This document shows positions 1 through 13,895 of a stretch of 64,000 bases of DNA, one piece after another (positions within the stretch are counted from its first letter, which is position 1; every line of letters begins with the position of its first letter). This stretch comes from Priapulus caudatus. Lineage: Eukaryota. The stretch covers positions 10,218-74,217 of the forward strand of contig NW_014577070.1 of the NCBI RefSeq assembly GCF_000485595.1. The letters are read 5' to 3'. Under the pieces are notes generated by a model, which had not been told where the DNA came from, made no database searches, and was given only the letters and a program-made list of their open reading frames with translations. The position numbers were made by a program, and so were the translations under genes.

Positions 1-1383
1 CATATTATTATGTGATTGAAAATAGGAGATCTGGAGAAATTTTTTGGGACAACCAGAAATTGTTGCGGACAACCCGATTTGATGATTTGATTTGATTTGA
101 TTTGATTTGATTTGATTTGATTTGATTTGATGATTTGATTTGATTTGACATTTGTTTTTTTATTTCGAGCACTGATGGTGTATTTTTGTAAAATTTTTGT
201 TGTCATTTTATGTACATTAAATGTAAGTACTAATGGGACTAAATATGTATCCTCAAATTCTGACCTGATACGATTGTTTCTCAACTAGGTAAAAATCCAA
301 AAAACCTCGGCGATTTGATATTATGGTCACGACATTAAATGCTTGCTATGGGCTATGTTTGAGTCACGAGTGTTTGTTCACATCGAACAGAATAGAAAAA
401 TAGGAAGTATAAAGCAGCATATTTTAATTCAGCAGCATAATTTTTTCACGTTTACTGTTTACAGTGACGTAATCACTTTAATTTCTGAACAATGTATATC
501 CAGAAGCTTTTGACTACCTCTGTTATGACTCCTTATAATTAAGTAAATATGAGTGTCAGGATTTTCTCTACAAGGTGTCCCTGAGCATTTTCCCCTGAGC
601 AACGGTGGTTACCCATGTTAGTCCTCGTATAACAGAACCAATACGGTAGGCACAAGAGAGATCACTAATCAAGCCAGAATATCAAATAAGAAAGATGCAC
701 ATTCTATAAGTGAGGTTTTTTAAATAGTCTTTGCATGACATTATTTTAGTTGATATTATATACTATATTTGGCTGTGTAAGTTGTGATGTGATGCTAATT
801 GTGTAACACTGACCAACTAGAGCTTCTTCTTCACAAACAGAATCTGCATCATAACTTACTGTACACAGAATCTACAGTGTACAACAACACTGCAGGCGAT
901 GCGTTTAGAATAGCTTATTCTACAATAAAAATGTGACGCTTTGATGTGTGATGTGATTTTAAGTCGATAGGGAAGACCAGGTGGTCTACCAATAGCCGAG
1001 CGAGCTGAGAAGATGGATAAGCTGATGTTTATTGTGATAGTTCAGCATATTTATATTCATGATGTTTTATGCACTTTACCTCACAATTGAAGAATAGCAC
1101 GTGATGTTTAGATGATAATGTTTATATAATAAGAACTAACAGCTGATTTGGGAACATGACTAGGGCTTATATTTTGCTCTACGTCAGCACACATTCGTAA
1201 ATACATAGTCACACCATGCATTCTCATTTTCTTGACTGATTTGTAGGAGAGCCTATATAGGATCTTGATTCTACGTGTGACAAGGCCGTCTTCGAAGCAA
1301 AACACGTGATCGTAACTTCAGCACCAGACAGGGGAGAAATCTCACGCGTGTGACCAGTACGTGGCAGCCTTCCATGAAGCACG

Positions 1384-2377
1384 ATGGAATACGTGACAAT
1401 TCATTTCGGGGAAAACCCATATAAGTGCGATCTGTGTGATGCTGCCTTCACCTGTCTGAGTGCTGTGAAGACACACATGAGAACTCACACGGGAGAGAAA
1501 CCGTATAAGTGCGATCTGTGTGATGCTACCTTCACACAATCGGGTCATGTGAAGAGACACATGAGAACTCACACGGGAGAGAAACCGTATAAGTGCGATC
1601 TGTGTGAAGCCGCATTCTCCTGTCTGAGTACTCTAAAGACACACATGAGAATTCACACGGGAGAAAAACCGTATAAGTGCGATCTGTGTGAAATTCTACC
1701 TTCACACAATTCGGCAGGTGGAAGCACGCACATGAGAATACAGGGGAAGAGTAAACATATAGCGTGCGATCCTGTGTGATGCTGCATGTCTGCAGATTTG
1801 AGTAGTGTGATAGAAACACATGAGAACTCACACGGGGGAGAGACACCGTATAATTGCGCAATCTATTGAGCTACCTTCTCCTGTCTGGGTAGTCTGACGA
1901 AGCACATGAGAACTCACACGGGAGAGAAGCCATATAAGTGTGAGCTGTGTGATGCTACTTTTACACAATCGTCTAATGCGAAGAGACACATGAGAACTCA
2001 CGCGGGAGAGAAACTGTATAAGTGCGATCTGTGTGATACTACCTTCTCCCGTCTGGGTAGTGTGAAGACACACATGAGAACTCACACGGGAGAGAAACCG
2101 TATAAGTGTGAGCTGTGTGATGCTCTTCCACAGTCGGTAGTGTGAAAGACACACATGAGAACCACACGGAGAGAAACCGTATAAGTGCGATCTGTGTGAT
2201 GCTACTTCTCCGTTCAGTAGTGTGAAGACACACATGAGAACTCACACGGGAGAGAAACCGTATAAGTGTGAGCTGTGTGATGCTGCTTTCTCCACTCTGG
2301 GTAATGTGAAGAGACACATGAGAACGCACACGGGAGAGAAATCAAAGAAGAAAAAGACGAAGGAAAAAATTATTTAA
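1384..2377 (+). CDS. C2H2 (Kruppel-type) tandem zinc-finger exon, ~11 fingers, frameshifted as assembled
   Basis: ORFs 1384-1779 and 1906-2145 show repeated YKCDLCxxxF...[12 protein letters not shown]. The 84-bp units begin at about 1420, 1504, 1588, 1672, 1757, 1849, 1932, 2017, 2101, 2180 and 2261. The last frame ends [19 protein letters not shown] (2375-2377). A possible acceptor tttgtag ends at 1246, and there is a degenerate finger (HQTGEKSHAC) at ~1320-1355. Indels at ~1690-1870 and ~2125-2220 are either sequencing error or pseudogenisation. Confidence 0.85.
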
Positions 2378-3016
2378 ATGTAGCATGAAAACATTTTTAA
2401 ACTGAAGCTTTCGCTCTGAAGACACCCTATAATCACACATGGCAATGCATAATAACTCTATGGAGATGTCGTACAGATGTAAGCAGATAGTACATCTCGG
2501 ACGTTGAGACCTACATGTAAGAGCAGTTTGGCTCTGTGAACACGCGAGCACACCGCACACATGTGAACTGGAGCAGTGTGAAATACCAACGAACGCAACT
2601 CAAATGTTACAGCTTCTTGTCGTGTATGGTCGCACGCGCGCGTGCACGTGTATTACAGGCGTAAATTCACATTTTGTGCCCTCGGGGGGGGGTGAAAAAG
2701 TTTCGGCTGAGATACGGTCAATTGCTGGTGAAAGTTTTCCATGCTTGACTGGTCGTGGGCGATACTATCCGCGAGAGGGGAGTAAGGAAGTGAGGAAGAG
2801 GAAGAAACGGAGAGGGGCGAATGAAATAGAGCGAGAGAGGGCGGACAAAGAGGAGAAGAGGGACGGGGGAGAAAGATAAATAAATAAATAAACATACATA
2901 TTTTTCACAGAGTGAGAGAGAGAGAGAGTGTGTGTGTGCGTGCGTGCGTGCGTGTGTGCGTGCGTGTGTGTGTGTGTGCGTGCGTGCGTGAAGAGAAATA
3001 TTGCGAGAGAGAGGGG

Positions 3017-3067
<51 letters not shown>

Positions 3068-4337
3068 AGCGGGAAGACGAGAGAAGTAACTATATTAGAA
3101 GGAACATGTGCATCTGTGCCTGTGTGTGTGCCGTACGTGCGTTTGTCTGTGCGTGTGTACTGCGCATACGTGTACATTCTTCCCTCCCTCCGTCCCTCTC
3201 CCCTTTCTCTCCTCTTTCCTTCCTCCTCCCCTCTCACTCCCTTCCCCCCAGTATTCCCTCCCCTCGCAGGTAGTATGGCCGACGGCATCAGCTGCCCGGT
3301 GAAAAGTTAGCCTAAACTTTTTCACGCCCAAAGCACAAAGTATGATTATGTTTGAATATTATTATTATTATTATATACTGCTAGGGCCTATAATACGCGT
3401 TTTACAGTCACACAACCACACATACGCGCACACTAACGGACGCGCACACGCGGTTATGGTCGCATTTTGTGCCTCGGGCTCGGGGGGGGGGATGAAAAAG
3501 TTTCAGCTGAATTACGGCCATTTGGCTGGCAAACTTTTCACCGTGTTCTTGACGCCGTGAGCCATACCATCCGCGAGAGGGGAGTAAGGAATAAGTGATT
3601 ACCTTTATTCACTGTTAATGTTAACTGCCTGACACAGCAGATGAAAGGTCAGCATAAAGAACCGGCAACTGTTTATTATTATTATTAAATCTTTATTGCA
3701 TGTAATTCAACTACAAGTACATGTACTGAAAGCAGTCTTTTTCATGGAGAAAAAATCTGATGAATGCAATAGTGTGGAGCAGTTAAAATAATAACATTTC
3801 TGAGTGATACAGTACATTGTGTGATACATAGTTCTGAGTGATACATGTTACATCAAAGCTTTACATATTGTTACAGGACTGTTACATGAATCTACGTGAA
3901 TGACAATATGAAACGACTATTGTGTACGTTTGTAATCGTCGAGCTATAACGGCTGTTTAATCTGCTGTCGGCACTCGTGTAAAACATTTTTACTTTATAT
4001 ATGAGTCTAAGTTATATATGATGACTCTAAAAAGCTAAAACTACTTGTCACAGATTGTCATTGAAAAACATATGTCCTTGAAATGTCCTTGAAAAGTCCT
4101 TGAAATAATAATTAACACTTCTGGGCACCATGTTATAACAACAGTAGAATAGATGTTTCACTAACTAACTTCAATTACTTATCTGAGTTATTGGTATGTA
4201 TTATTAGTAGGCCTATACGATTCTGTATCTGAGTGCTTGTACGTATACATTTATAAAGAAAGGCAAAAATAAGTCGGTGGTACAATAAAACTCTGTTGGT
4301 TCATTGGTTTTATTGCAGTTATTAGTATCTAGTATCT

Positions 4338-4339
<2 letters not shown>

Positions 4340-4407
<68 letters not shown>

Positions 4408-4519
4408 TCTCTGTCTCTGTCTCTGTCTCTGTCTCTGTCTCTGTCTCTGTCTCTGTCTGCTGTCTCTGTCTCTGTTCTCTGTCTCTGTCTCTGTCTCTCG
4501 TCTCTGTCTCTGTCTCTCT

Positions 4520-4602
<83 letters not shown>

Positions 4603-4780
4603 CTCTCACTCACTCTCTCTCCTGTCTATCTCTCTATCTCTATCTCTATCTATCGACATCTGTCTATCTCTATGATATCTATCTATCTCTCTAGCTCTTT
4701 CTTAGAGAGTGAGTGAGAGAGAGACAGAGATATAGATAGATAGATAGATAGAGATGAGAGAGAGAGAGAGAGAGATAGCG
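4340..4780. repeat. Compound microsatellite (CT)n/(CTCTGT)n/(CTAT)n/(GA)n
   Basis: Seen directly. Other large microsatellites: (GATA)n ~8450-9060, 10530-11060, 18230-18650, 35350-35810; (CTAT)n 55340-56165; (GA)n 24840-25100, 37735-38210; (CT)n 56810-57285; (CA)n at several sites. Confidence 0.95.
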
Positions 4781-5179
4781 TGTGCACGTGCGCACTAACG
4801 AAACCCGCCGTGTTCCGTGGCGCAGCAATCTTCATACGTGTATCTCCATAACATAAAATACAAGGGAACAAAGCGAGTGCTCTTTGCACCAATCTACGGG
4901 ACAGTATACTATTTATTGCCTGTTCACCAGCAGAGACACGCGTAACAAGCATAGCGGAGCACAAACTTCCACCGATCCAACCTACACCCCTACCCCGCCA
5001 CATACATCCGCGCCCTCGCCACATACACCACACCTACACCCCCGCATGAGTGCTTGCTTACTCAACAAGGGTAAAACAATGGGTGTAGACACACGATGCT
5101 AGCACGACTACACCCCTGCATGACGAATACTGGCACCGATGACACCACCATCTCAGAGGTGACATCTTACAGGTGTTTT

Positions 5180-5495
5180 AGGGGTAGGGCTGAGCGAGGG
5201 AAAGGGTTGAGTTAGGAACGGAGTTGAGTCAGAGGTGGAGTGAGTGAGGAAAAGAGCTGAGTGAAGGAAAGGGTTGATTTAGGGGTGGGGTGAATGAGGG
5301 AAAAGGTCGCGTCATGGGGAGGGATGGGTCAGGAAAATGGTTAAGGTGGGGGTAGGGTCGATTTAGAGGTAGGTAGGATTGAGCGAGGGAACGCACGGAG
5401 TTAGGGGTAGGGTTGATTTAGGGGTAGGGTTGAGTGAGGGAACGAGCGGAGTTAAGGGTAGGATTGAATCAGGGCGAGGGCTGAGTCAGGGGTTC
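5180..5495. repeat. Degenerate G-rich tandem repeat
   Basis: Recurrent ttaggggtagggttgagtgagggaa-like units. Confidence 0.65.
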
Positions 5496-6254
5496 ATTTT
5501 TTAATATGATGGAGTCATGATAACGGGGGAGGGGAGAGCATGAGGACGGAGGGGAGGGGGCTCAGGGATAATGGGAAAAATTAGGATCACTGACTTACAA
5601 AGGCAGCAACACGAAAAACAATATATACACAAACATTCTTCTGCATTTAAATTTCGTATACACGCAATCCTATAACAAAGATTCCCCATACATATACATA
5701 TTCATCACCGTATATAGAAGAAAAGTCGTAGTATATAAGGGTGATCGCAAAAGCTGTTAGAAAATCACTCTCTTCCTTGAGGCACGATAAGTATCTATAC
5801 TCTTGATATATGTCCATCACAATATTGCATATATCCTTAACAACAACTGGTTAAAATAGCAACAGAATTACGAAGTACAAAATATCCTCTCTGAATATGC
5901 TCAATTTGACGGGATCAGATTTGACAGATTCAAATTTTATCAGAATCAAATTGAACAGATTCAAATTTGACGGAATCAAATTTGGCAGATTCAAATTTGA
6001 TGGAACGATCCAATAAATATTCAACTTCGAATATAAAAAAACACGATCTGCATAAAAATAACAGCTTTTTCGCACCTGGAATTTACAAAACCACATCCGA
6101 GAATATACAATGAATAACGGTGAATTTAAATACCCGTAATTAAAAAGTCTCAATTACAGTTATTATAGCATTGTAATATTAAAATGTGATTAAAAAATAG
6201 TGATAAGTGTACTGTAGTATATAAAACACGTAAGATCGCTCCCAAAATACAGCT

Positions 6255-6293
<39 letters not shown>

Positions 6294-6393
6294 GGCATGA
6301 ATATACACACAAACGAACGCACGGGCACATACACACACACGCACGCACACACACACGTGCGCGCGCGCATGCACAACCAAGCAATCACAAGGA

Positions 6394-6433
<40 letters not shown>

Positions 6434-6760
6434 CAGATACGCACATACAGCACAATTTTACATCATCATAATCGTAATCATAACCATCATCATCATCATT
6501 ATTATCACTAGTACAAAAGCATCATCATCCACATCAACATCATCAACATCAACATCATCAACATCATCAATATCAGCAACAAGAAAATTCGCAAATGCTT
6601 AACATTGTCACAACCCGCGTCATGCCGTCGGTACACCGTCACTCCGCACCCACATCGTCGTAAAAAGTAAACATAAACAAACGTCTTAACAATTTACAAC
6701 GCGGTAGCTACCACAGCGTCACGCAAAACCACACAGGAGTTAAGTTTACTGTTAGTGACT

Positions 6761-6948
6761 CAGTGGTTCTTAACCTTTTTTGGGTCATGGACCCCTTTGA
6801 GAATCTGGTGAAAGCTACGAACCCCCCCCCCCCAGAAAAAGCACATAAGCACATAAACACAAAATGTGTATGCGTCTGGTTCACGGACCCCCTGAAGCCC
6901 ATTGACGGACCCCAAAGGCGTCCATGGACCACAGGTTAAGAACCCCTG
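6761..6948. mobile_element. Non-autonomous hAT-Charlie-type MITE
   Basis: TIRs CAGTGGTTCTTAACCT / AGGTTAAGAACCCCTG. Near-TSD tgttagtg / agttagtg, with the left copy offset by 3 nt. Confidence 0.85.
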
Positions 6949-7149
6949 AGTTAGTGGAACGTGAATCGTCCGGTCATCTCGCTGCTTCTCACTGTGATGC
7001 ACATCGATCATAACGATGGTTATTGCTCAAGATTCTTTTATTCGTTGTTAAGACGATGAAATATATTTTGTTTCTGTTCTCGTCGTGATTTCCCCTGTAA
7101 ACCCCCACAATCACAGCATTAGTACGTGTGCATATGTATATATATATAT

Positions 7150-8647
7150 ACGCACAGGCACACACACGCATGCACACGCGCAACGCTGCACGCACACACA
7201 CACACACAAGTCACACACCCACACACACACACACAGCGCACACACCTACACACACACACACACACAGCAACACACACACACACACACAAGCACACACCGA
7301 CCACACACGCATCACGCACACGCACACGCACAACGCACACGCACAACGCACAGGAACCACACGCATCACAACAGTACAGCTTCAAGCATCCGATACTAAT
7401 TGCGACGCAGCGCGCCGCACAGCCAGGTTTAAAAGACGTTAAGTATAAATCACTCCCTCCCTCGCCTCTCCCTCCCCCTCCACTCCCCTTCCCCTCCCTC
7501 CTCTCCGAGTTCCTCGTAAAAAATACGGGAACGGCCGAACGCGACCGGCGATCACGAACCGGCAAAACATTCCGCTCCGTCGATCTCCGCACGCCACCTG
7601 CCGCGAAATACACGAACGCGTCCTTGATCTGACTTATCATCCGTCGAACGACACGAGAAGCAAAACGAGCAGCGCGCCAGGGGTACTTCTCATTTTGCCT
7701 GGAGCAGAGCTTGGAGAGGCAACCGGAAGGCCTAATCGCTTGTTCCTGCAGAAAAGCAAGGCCTGGAAGAGGGATCCGGAAGTTCCTCTATCCTTGTTCC
7801 TCCAGAAATCAAGACAATCGGCGAGATAACCGAGAACGGGCCTAATCCGACGCTGCACGAGCTGCGTCCACTTCTCCGGCTGGCTGCAATAGCAATACCA
7901 ATCAGAATCACTCTGCAGTCACACACAGAACTCGACCCCATTGCTAAAACCTACACACACATAGTGAAAAGTACGCGGCAAGGGCAGAAGTAGGCATAAG
8001 CTATAGCCTTGGAAAAAAAAAGGGTGGGAAACAAAGGTAAGAAAGTGATGGCCGCCATGGCGAAATAGGTTGGCACCGTGTACATAGGAGATGGATATGT
8101 GGGAGAGGTAGTCTCCTTTTATCCTATCCAACACCTTTCAACACTTTATCCTTCCATTTTATCCTTATCACACTTTTGATTGCGCGTCTCCAAACTTCCT
8201 ACGAAGACATTGAATACGATCAGGTAGAGTAATTGCAGCTTACTTAAATTACCTAAGGTAGGAGTCACTGACTGACACTGCATGCTAATATTACATAAAC
8301 AAGCAGTTGCCCTAGTCGGCCCATGCTGTAACCTTTGTTGTAGCAAACTGCTGACTGCAGGGTGCACATCTCTTGTGTGCTGGTAGTCCATCCAACCATT
8401 GTTCCCTCCTGAAAAGCGCAACAATGACAAAACAATTAATTAAAAGATATCTAGATATAGATAGAGAAAAATAGATGGATGATGGATGGATAGATAGACA
8501 GTTAAAATAATAGATAAAAGATAAGATAGATAATAGATAGATAGGATAGATAAGATAATAGATAGATAGATATAGATAGATAGATAGATAGATCGAATAG
8601 ATAGATAGATAATAGATATGATAGATAGATAGGATAGATAGATAATC

Positions 8648-8688
<41 letters not shown>

Positions 8689-8902
8689 CTAATAGATAGA
8701 TAGGATAGATAGAATAGATAAGATAGATAGATAGATAAGATAGATAAGAATAGATAGGATAGAAGATAGATAGATAATAGATAGATAGATAGAATAGATA
8801 GATAGATAATAGATAATAGAGTAATAGATAGACAGAGAGGATAATTAGAATATACAGATAGATAGATAAATAGATATGATAGAAGATAGATAGAAATAGA
8901 AG

Positions 8903-8958
<56 letters not shown>

Positions 8959-9100
8959 CGAATAGATAGATAGATAATAGAATAGATAGATGACAGGACA
9001 GATAGATAAAAATATAGACAAATAGATAGTGATAGTGAAGAAAGCCAAAAGATAGAAAGATAGAATAGCTAAATAGAAAGCTCAATCAACAGAATGGATG
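7150..9100. repeat. Gap-flanking duplicate of ~9126-11170
   Basis: Same order of (CA)n, C-rich tract, unique ~900 bp and (GATA)n, separated from its twin by a 25-N gap. Confidence 0.85.
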
Positions 9101-10591
9101 NNNNNNNNNNNNNNNNNNNNNNNNNCCACACACAGCACACCACCCAGCCACACACACAGACACACGACACAACCACACACACACACGCAACACACCTTAC
9201 ACACCACCACACAACGCACACAGCACACACCCGACACGCTCGGACCACGACACGCACACGCCACACGCACACTGCACGACGCCACGCACGGCCACACGAC
9301 ACGCACACGCACTCAAGCAGTACAGCTGCGAAGCACGGATTAACTATGCGACGCTGCTGCGCACAGAGCCAGGGTTTAAGACGTGAAGTATAAATCAAGC
9401 TGCCCTCCCTCCTCTCCCCTCCCCCTCCCCCCTCCCCTTCCCTCCTCCCTTCTTCCGCCTCGCCTAAGAAATACCGGGTCGGACGAGCCGGAACGCGGAC
9501 CGCGATGCCCACGCGAATCCGCAACATTCCGCTCCGTCGGTTTCTCGCACCGGCACTCCGCCGGAATACGACGGAATATTACGCCCGGCCGCTGATCTGA
9601 CTTTGTTCAGTCGCCGAACGACACCAGGAGAGCAAAGCGAGGGGCAGACGCAGGTGGTCCTTCCTCTTTTTTGCCTGGCGGAGGATTGGAGAGGCAACCG
9701 GGAAGGCCCTTGATCCTGTAGTTTCCTGCCAGAAGCAGAGGCCTTGCGCAGGCGGATCCCCGGAAGTGTCTCGTACTCCTTGTTCCTGCCAGACATCAAG
9801 ACATGGCGAGGGGGGTAACGGCGGGACGGCCTAATCGAGCCTGCACGCAGCATGCGAGTCCACTTCTCTGGGCTGTGCTGCTAATGTCAGCAATTACTAA
9901 GCAGAAGTCCTCTCAGCTCACACACATGAACCTGCGAATCCCATGCTAAAGACCTACCACACCATAAGTGAGGAAAGTTTTACGCGGGCAAGGGCAGAAG
10001 TTAGGGGAAGCATATGCTTGGAAGGTGGAAGTAGGAGGAAAGTGGAGGCGCCATGACGAAATAGTTGCTTGCACACGTGTACATAGGAGATGGATATGTG
10101 GGAGATGCCGTTAGTCCCCTTTTATCCTTTCCACACCTTTCAACACTTTTTATCCTTCCGCCCATTTTCCACTTTTTATCCTTTCACACTTTTGATTTTC
10201 CTCCTCCACACTTTTCTACGAAAGACATTGAATAGCGATCAGTAGGCCAGGTAGTTGCAGGCTCTGAACATTTACCAGGTGAGGACGATCACTGAAGCTG
10301 ACTTGACTGCGCCATGCTTAAATATTACATTTAACAACGGCAGGTATGCCCTAGTGCGCCATGCTGCTGACCTTTGGTTCTTACAAACTGCTGAACCTGC
10401 CAGTATGCACATCTCTTTGGTGTTTGCCTGGTAGGTCGATCCAAGCCATGTGGTTCACCTCCTGAATAATGCGCAAAATGACAGAAAACCGATTAATTTT
10501 AAAAAGATATTAGATATAGCATCAGAGATATAGATAGATGCATTGGATGGATGGATATATAGACAGTTAGTTAGATAGATTAGATAGATAG

Positions 10592-10629
<38 letters not shown>

Positions 10630-10656
10630 AGATAGATAGCATAGATAGAATAGATA

Positions 10657-10695
<39 letters not shown>

Positions 10696-10818
10696 CGATA
10701 GATGATAGATAGATAGATAGATTAGATAGATAGATAGATAGCATAGATAGATAGATTTATAGATAGATAGATAGATAGATAGCATGATAGATAGATTAGG
10801 AATAGTAGATAGATAGAT

Positions 10819-10859
<41 letters not shown>

Positions 10860-10972
10860 TATAGATAGATAGATAGATAGAAATAGATAGATAGATATGA
10901 CAGGAGATAGATAGATTATATAGATAGATAGATAGATAGATAGGATAGATAGATAGATAGATAGATAGATAC

Positions 10973-11011
<39 letters not shown>

Positions 11012-12831
11012 TAGATAGATAGATAGATTAGATAGATAGATAGATAGATAGATAGATGGACAGACAGATAGATTAAAAAGATTAGACAAATAGTAGGTAG
11101 ATATGAAGAAATGCCAAAAGATAGGAAGATAGATAGCTAAATTAGTAGACAGATCAACAGATGATGGGATGCGGCGAAAGAACAGTTGGAGGAGACGATG
11201 GCCTGAAGACGTTATACACACGATACACAAAATGCGTACTAAGCAGCATATGATGCAGCAGTTGGATAACACCAATTTACAGTCTGCCCATCGCGCAAAG
11301 CATGACACAGGAAGCTCTGTGCTGACTACTTAAGAAACACGAAAGAAGTATATACTTATAAACAACAGGAAGAGATCGGTCGCCAGTTGTAATATTAACT
11401 ACTTTCTAATATTCATGACTGGGCTGGTCGCCTATCATTTACCATGCTTTATCAAAGATATCAGTCAAACAACTTAGAATGTATAATTACTATGTACCTT
11501 GTTTGACACGAGCCTTAGATCTTTGCGATATTTCAACAAAATTAACACAGCCATATACACACTGGCATGCAACATCGCCTAACAACTGAAATGCCTATTC
11601 TGGATTGTTCATTCGTAGAAAAACTGCTGTGCCACATTTCAATCCACTCTCTCTCGCGCGCAGAGCACTCCCGACCACCCAATGTAGACGTTGCTGCTTG
11701 ACTTTTCCCGGTTGCAAAATCACGAGCATGCCCTAGTTGGCCAAGGCAGGGCAATGGAGATCCGGCGCTCTTTAATGCACACACTATTGACACATTTACA
11801 ATTTCGCTATAATATTAGCTATCAATAAGGGCGAAGGAAAGATTCTTATAGTCGTTCTCTGTACCGGTTGGATACTTGCCCTTTAGCAAGCTACGCTCAA
11901 TGACCATCTGACGTGAGAATGTTACCTGCACTTCTTGTCTTCAGAATATCAATATTCTGCTGGACCTTTCCTGAATCTATCAGTGTCCTGCTTTCATTGC
12001 TGGTCAGCCATTCGTCGGCTAGAACATCAAACACTAGAAGTCAGTACCGATTGACATTACCGGTATTATAAAATGTAGTTGCGTAACGAGCAATGCTGCA
12101 CAGATTTAGGACGCAGGCGCAGTACCTACATTTTTATTCATAGCATTAATGAAAAATAGCCTACATTACTGTATTACGTAAAGGATACTCACACATAATT
12201 TATCAAATTTTACAATTTGAAATCGAGAATGCAAACTGTGGAAACATGCATGACATGACAAAAACACATTTCGAACATCATTCACAATCTGAATTATATA
12301 GTCTGTTCAACAGCTACTACGCGATGCCGCACACTAGAACATTTTTCGGACAAACATTTGTTTAATTATCAATTCCAATTCTTATTTTAGGGGTTCCTTC
12401 TGGTTCAAAACAGCAAACAATATTTGTGAGGGCTGGTAAATTATGGTGAGGGCTGGTAAAAACTTTCAAAGAATCTGATTTCATGCCCTGATGACCAATG
12501 AATTAATGTGAAACGTACTTTTTAATGGAATACAACAATGTTGAGCATGATTCACTTAGCAGAGGTGAAATCCTGATTCTATTCCAGTGTGCACCTGTTA
12601 AATAAAATGTAAATGATTTATGGCGTGAACTTTTCAACCTGTTACTATATTCATCTGGCAGGGTCTCTACTTGACATCAAAAACAGTTAAAAGGCAACCA
12701 CAAAAGTTAACAATAGCAAGTAATCCAAAATATACCAACAGGCTTAGGATAAGATAAGATGGTTAAATTATGTGTTAACTGTGGTATGGAACCATGCATG
12801 GTGTTCGACTGTAACCTACCTATATCTAATA

Positions 12832-13001
12832 TGCCGGACCGTACCTCGCCTACTTCACTAACGAGTCTAGGGAGTCGCCTAGTACGCCTACTTCCTAACC
12901 CTAACCCTAACCATATCAGATAGTTACCAGGGTATCTTCGCGTATACCGGACGCTACCAGAGGGTACGTTCCGGCAGTACCGCTGGGCGGACATAGACCC
13001 T
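12832..13001. mobile_element. Telomeric-core MITE family A, left-truncated (also 20377-20544)
   Basis: Homologous to ~58197-58420, with a cctaaccctaaccctaacc core. Confidence 0.7.
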
Positions 13002-13023
13002 ATGAGCGATTAGTAGTGCAGAT

Positions 13024-13257
13024 GGGGTCGTCGTCGTATCAGTACTACAGATATGTACCCGAGTGTAGTTTTAGGTTGTTTAGTATATTGTTTATATTTT
13101 TTATATGAGGTATGTTTAGGGTTAGGGTTAGGGTTAGGGCTAGGGTTGAGGGTTAGGGTTAGGGCGTACACTTCTGTAGTACAAGTCTGGTACCCTTTGT
13201 GTATACATATATGTACCTCGGGTACATATCTGTAGTACGTGATACGACAACGACCCC
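13024..13257. mobile_element. Telomeric-core MITE family B (also 20566-20800)
   Basis: ~41-bp inverted arms GGGGTCGTYGTCGTATCA(C)GTACTACAGATATGTACCCGAG around (TTAGGG)n. Confidence 0.78.
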
Positions 13258-13653
13258 TTGAAGGCTGAGTAGTACTATTAGTACTAGTAGCTAAATGTCA
13301 GTAAATGCCCGAGCAAATGTTTAGGCTAGAGCTCCACTTTCCTATTGATATTTCTTCCTCGCAGTCGCAGCTCTTCATATTAATTCATCCGAATTAATAT
13401 TTCATACCGATCATTAATAAGCACAAAATTTGGTTTCTTTCTATTAATGTACATCGTCGTCTTGTGTTATTAAAAGTAATTTTAATATCAGAAACGATAG
13501 ATTTCCCGTCACCACACATGCTGCTGTGTTTACATCACCGATTCTATAATATAGTATAATAGATTATATTATAGAGATCAGTGTTTACCTTAGCCTCCCG
13601 CATGGGGAGGGCGCTGTCGTCGCTTGCTCTGGGGGCGGTCATTTACAGGTGTT

Positions 13654-13821
13654 GGCAGAAAGATGCGATATGATATGACTACTAGGCACTTTAATTTAAT
13701 TTAATTTTATTTTTTAGGGTTAGGGTTAGGGTTAGGGTTAGGGTTAGGGTTGTTTTTTTTAAGTGCCTAGTAGTCATATCCTAAGTGCCTAGTAGTCATA
13801 TCACTATCGCATCTATCTGGC
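13654..13821. mobile_element. Telomeric-core MITE family C (also 21178-21347)
   Basis: ~38-bp arms CAGAWAGATGCGATA(G)TGATATGACTACTAGGCACTT around ~6 TTAGGG. The inner half of the right arm is duplicated. Confidence 0.78.
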
Positions 13822-13895
13822 GGGTGCTCATTTACAGGCGACTGATGCGCAATCGGCGTTCTAGTGGTATATATATCTTTATTATTTCTATGTAT

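Noticed and set aside
12488..12520. CTGATGA...GAAA hammerhead-like core (also ~20034-20065)
   Set aside because: Stem II lacks the usual closing pair and I see no convincing stems I and III. The CTG overlaps tttcatgccctg, which looks like a CAGGGC-type transposon end.
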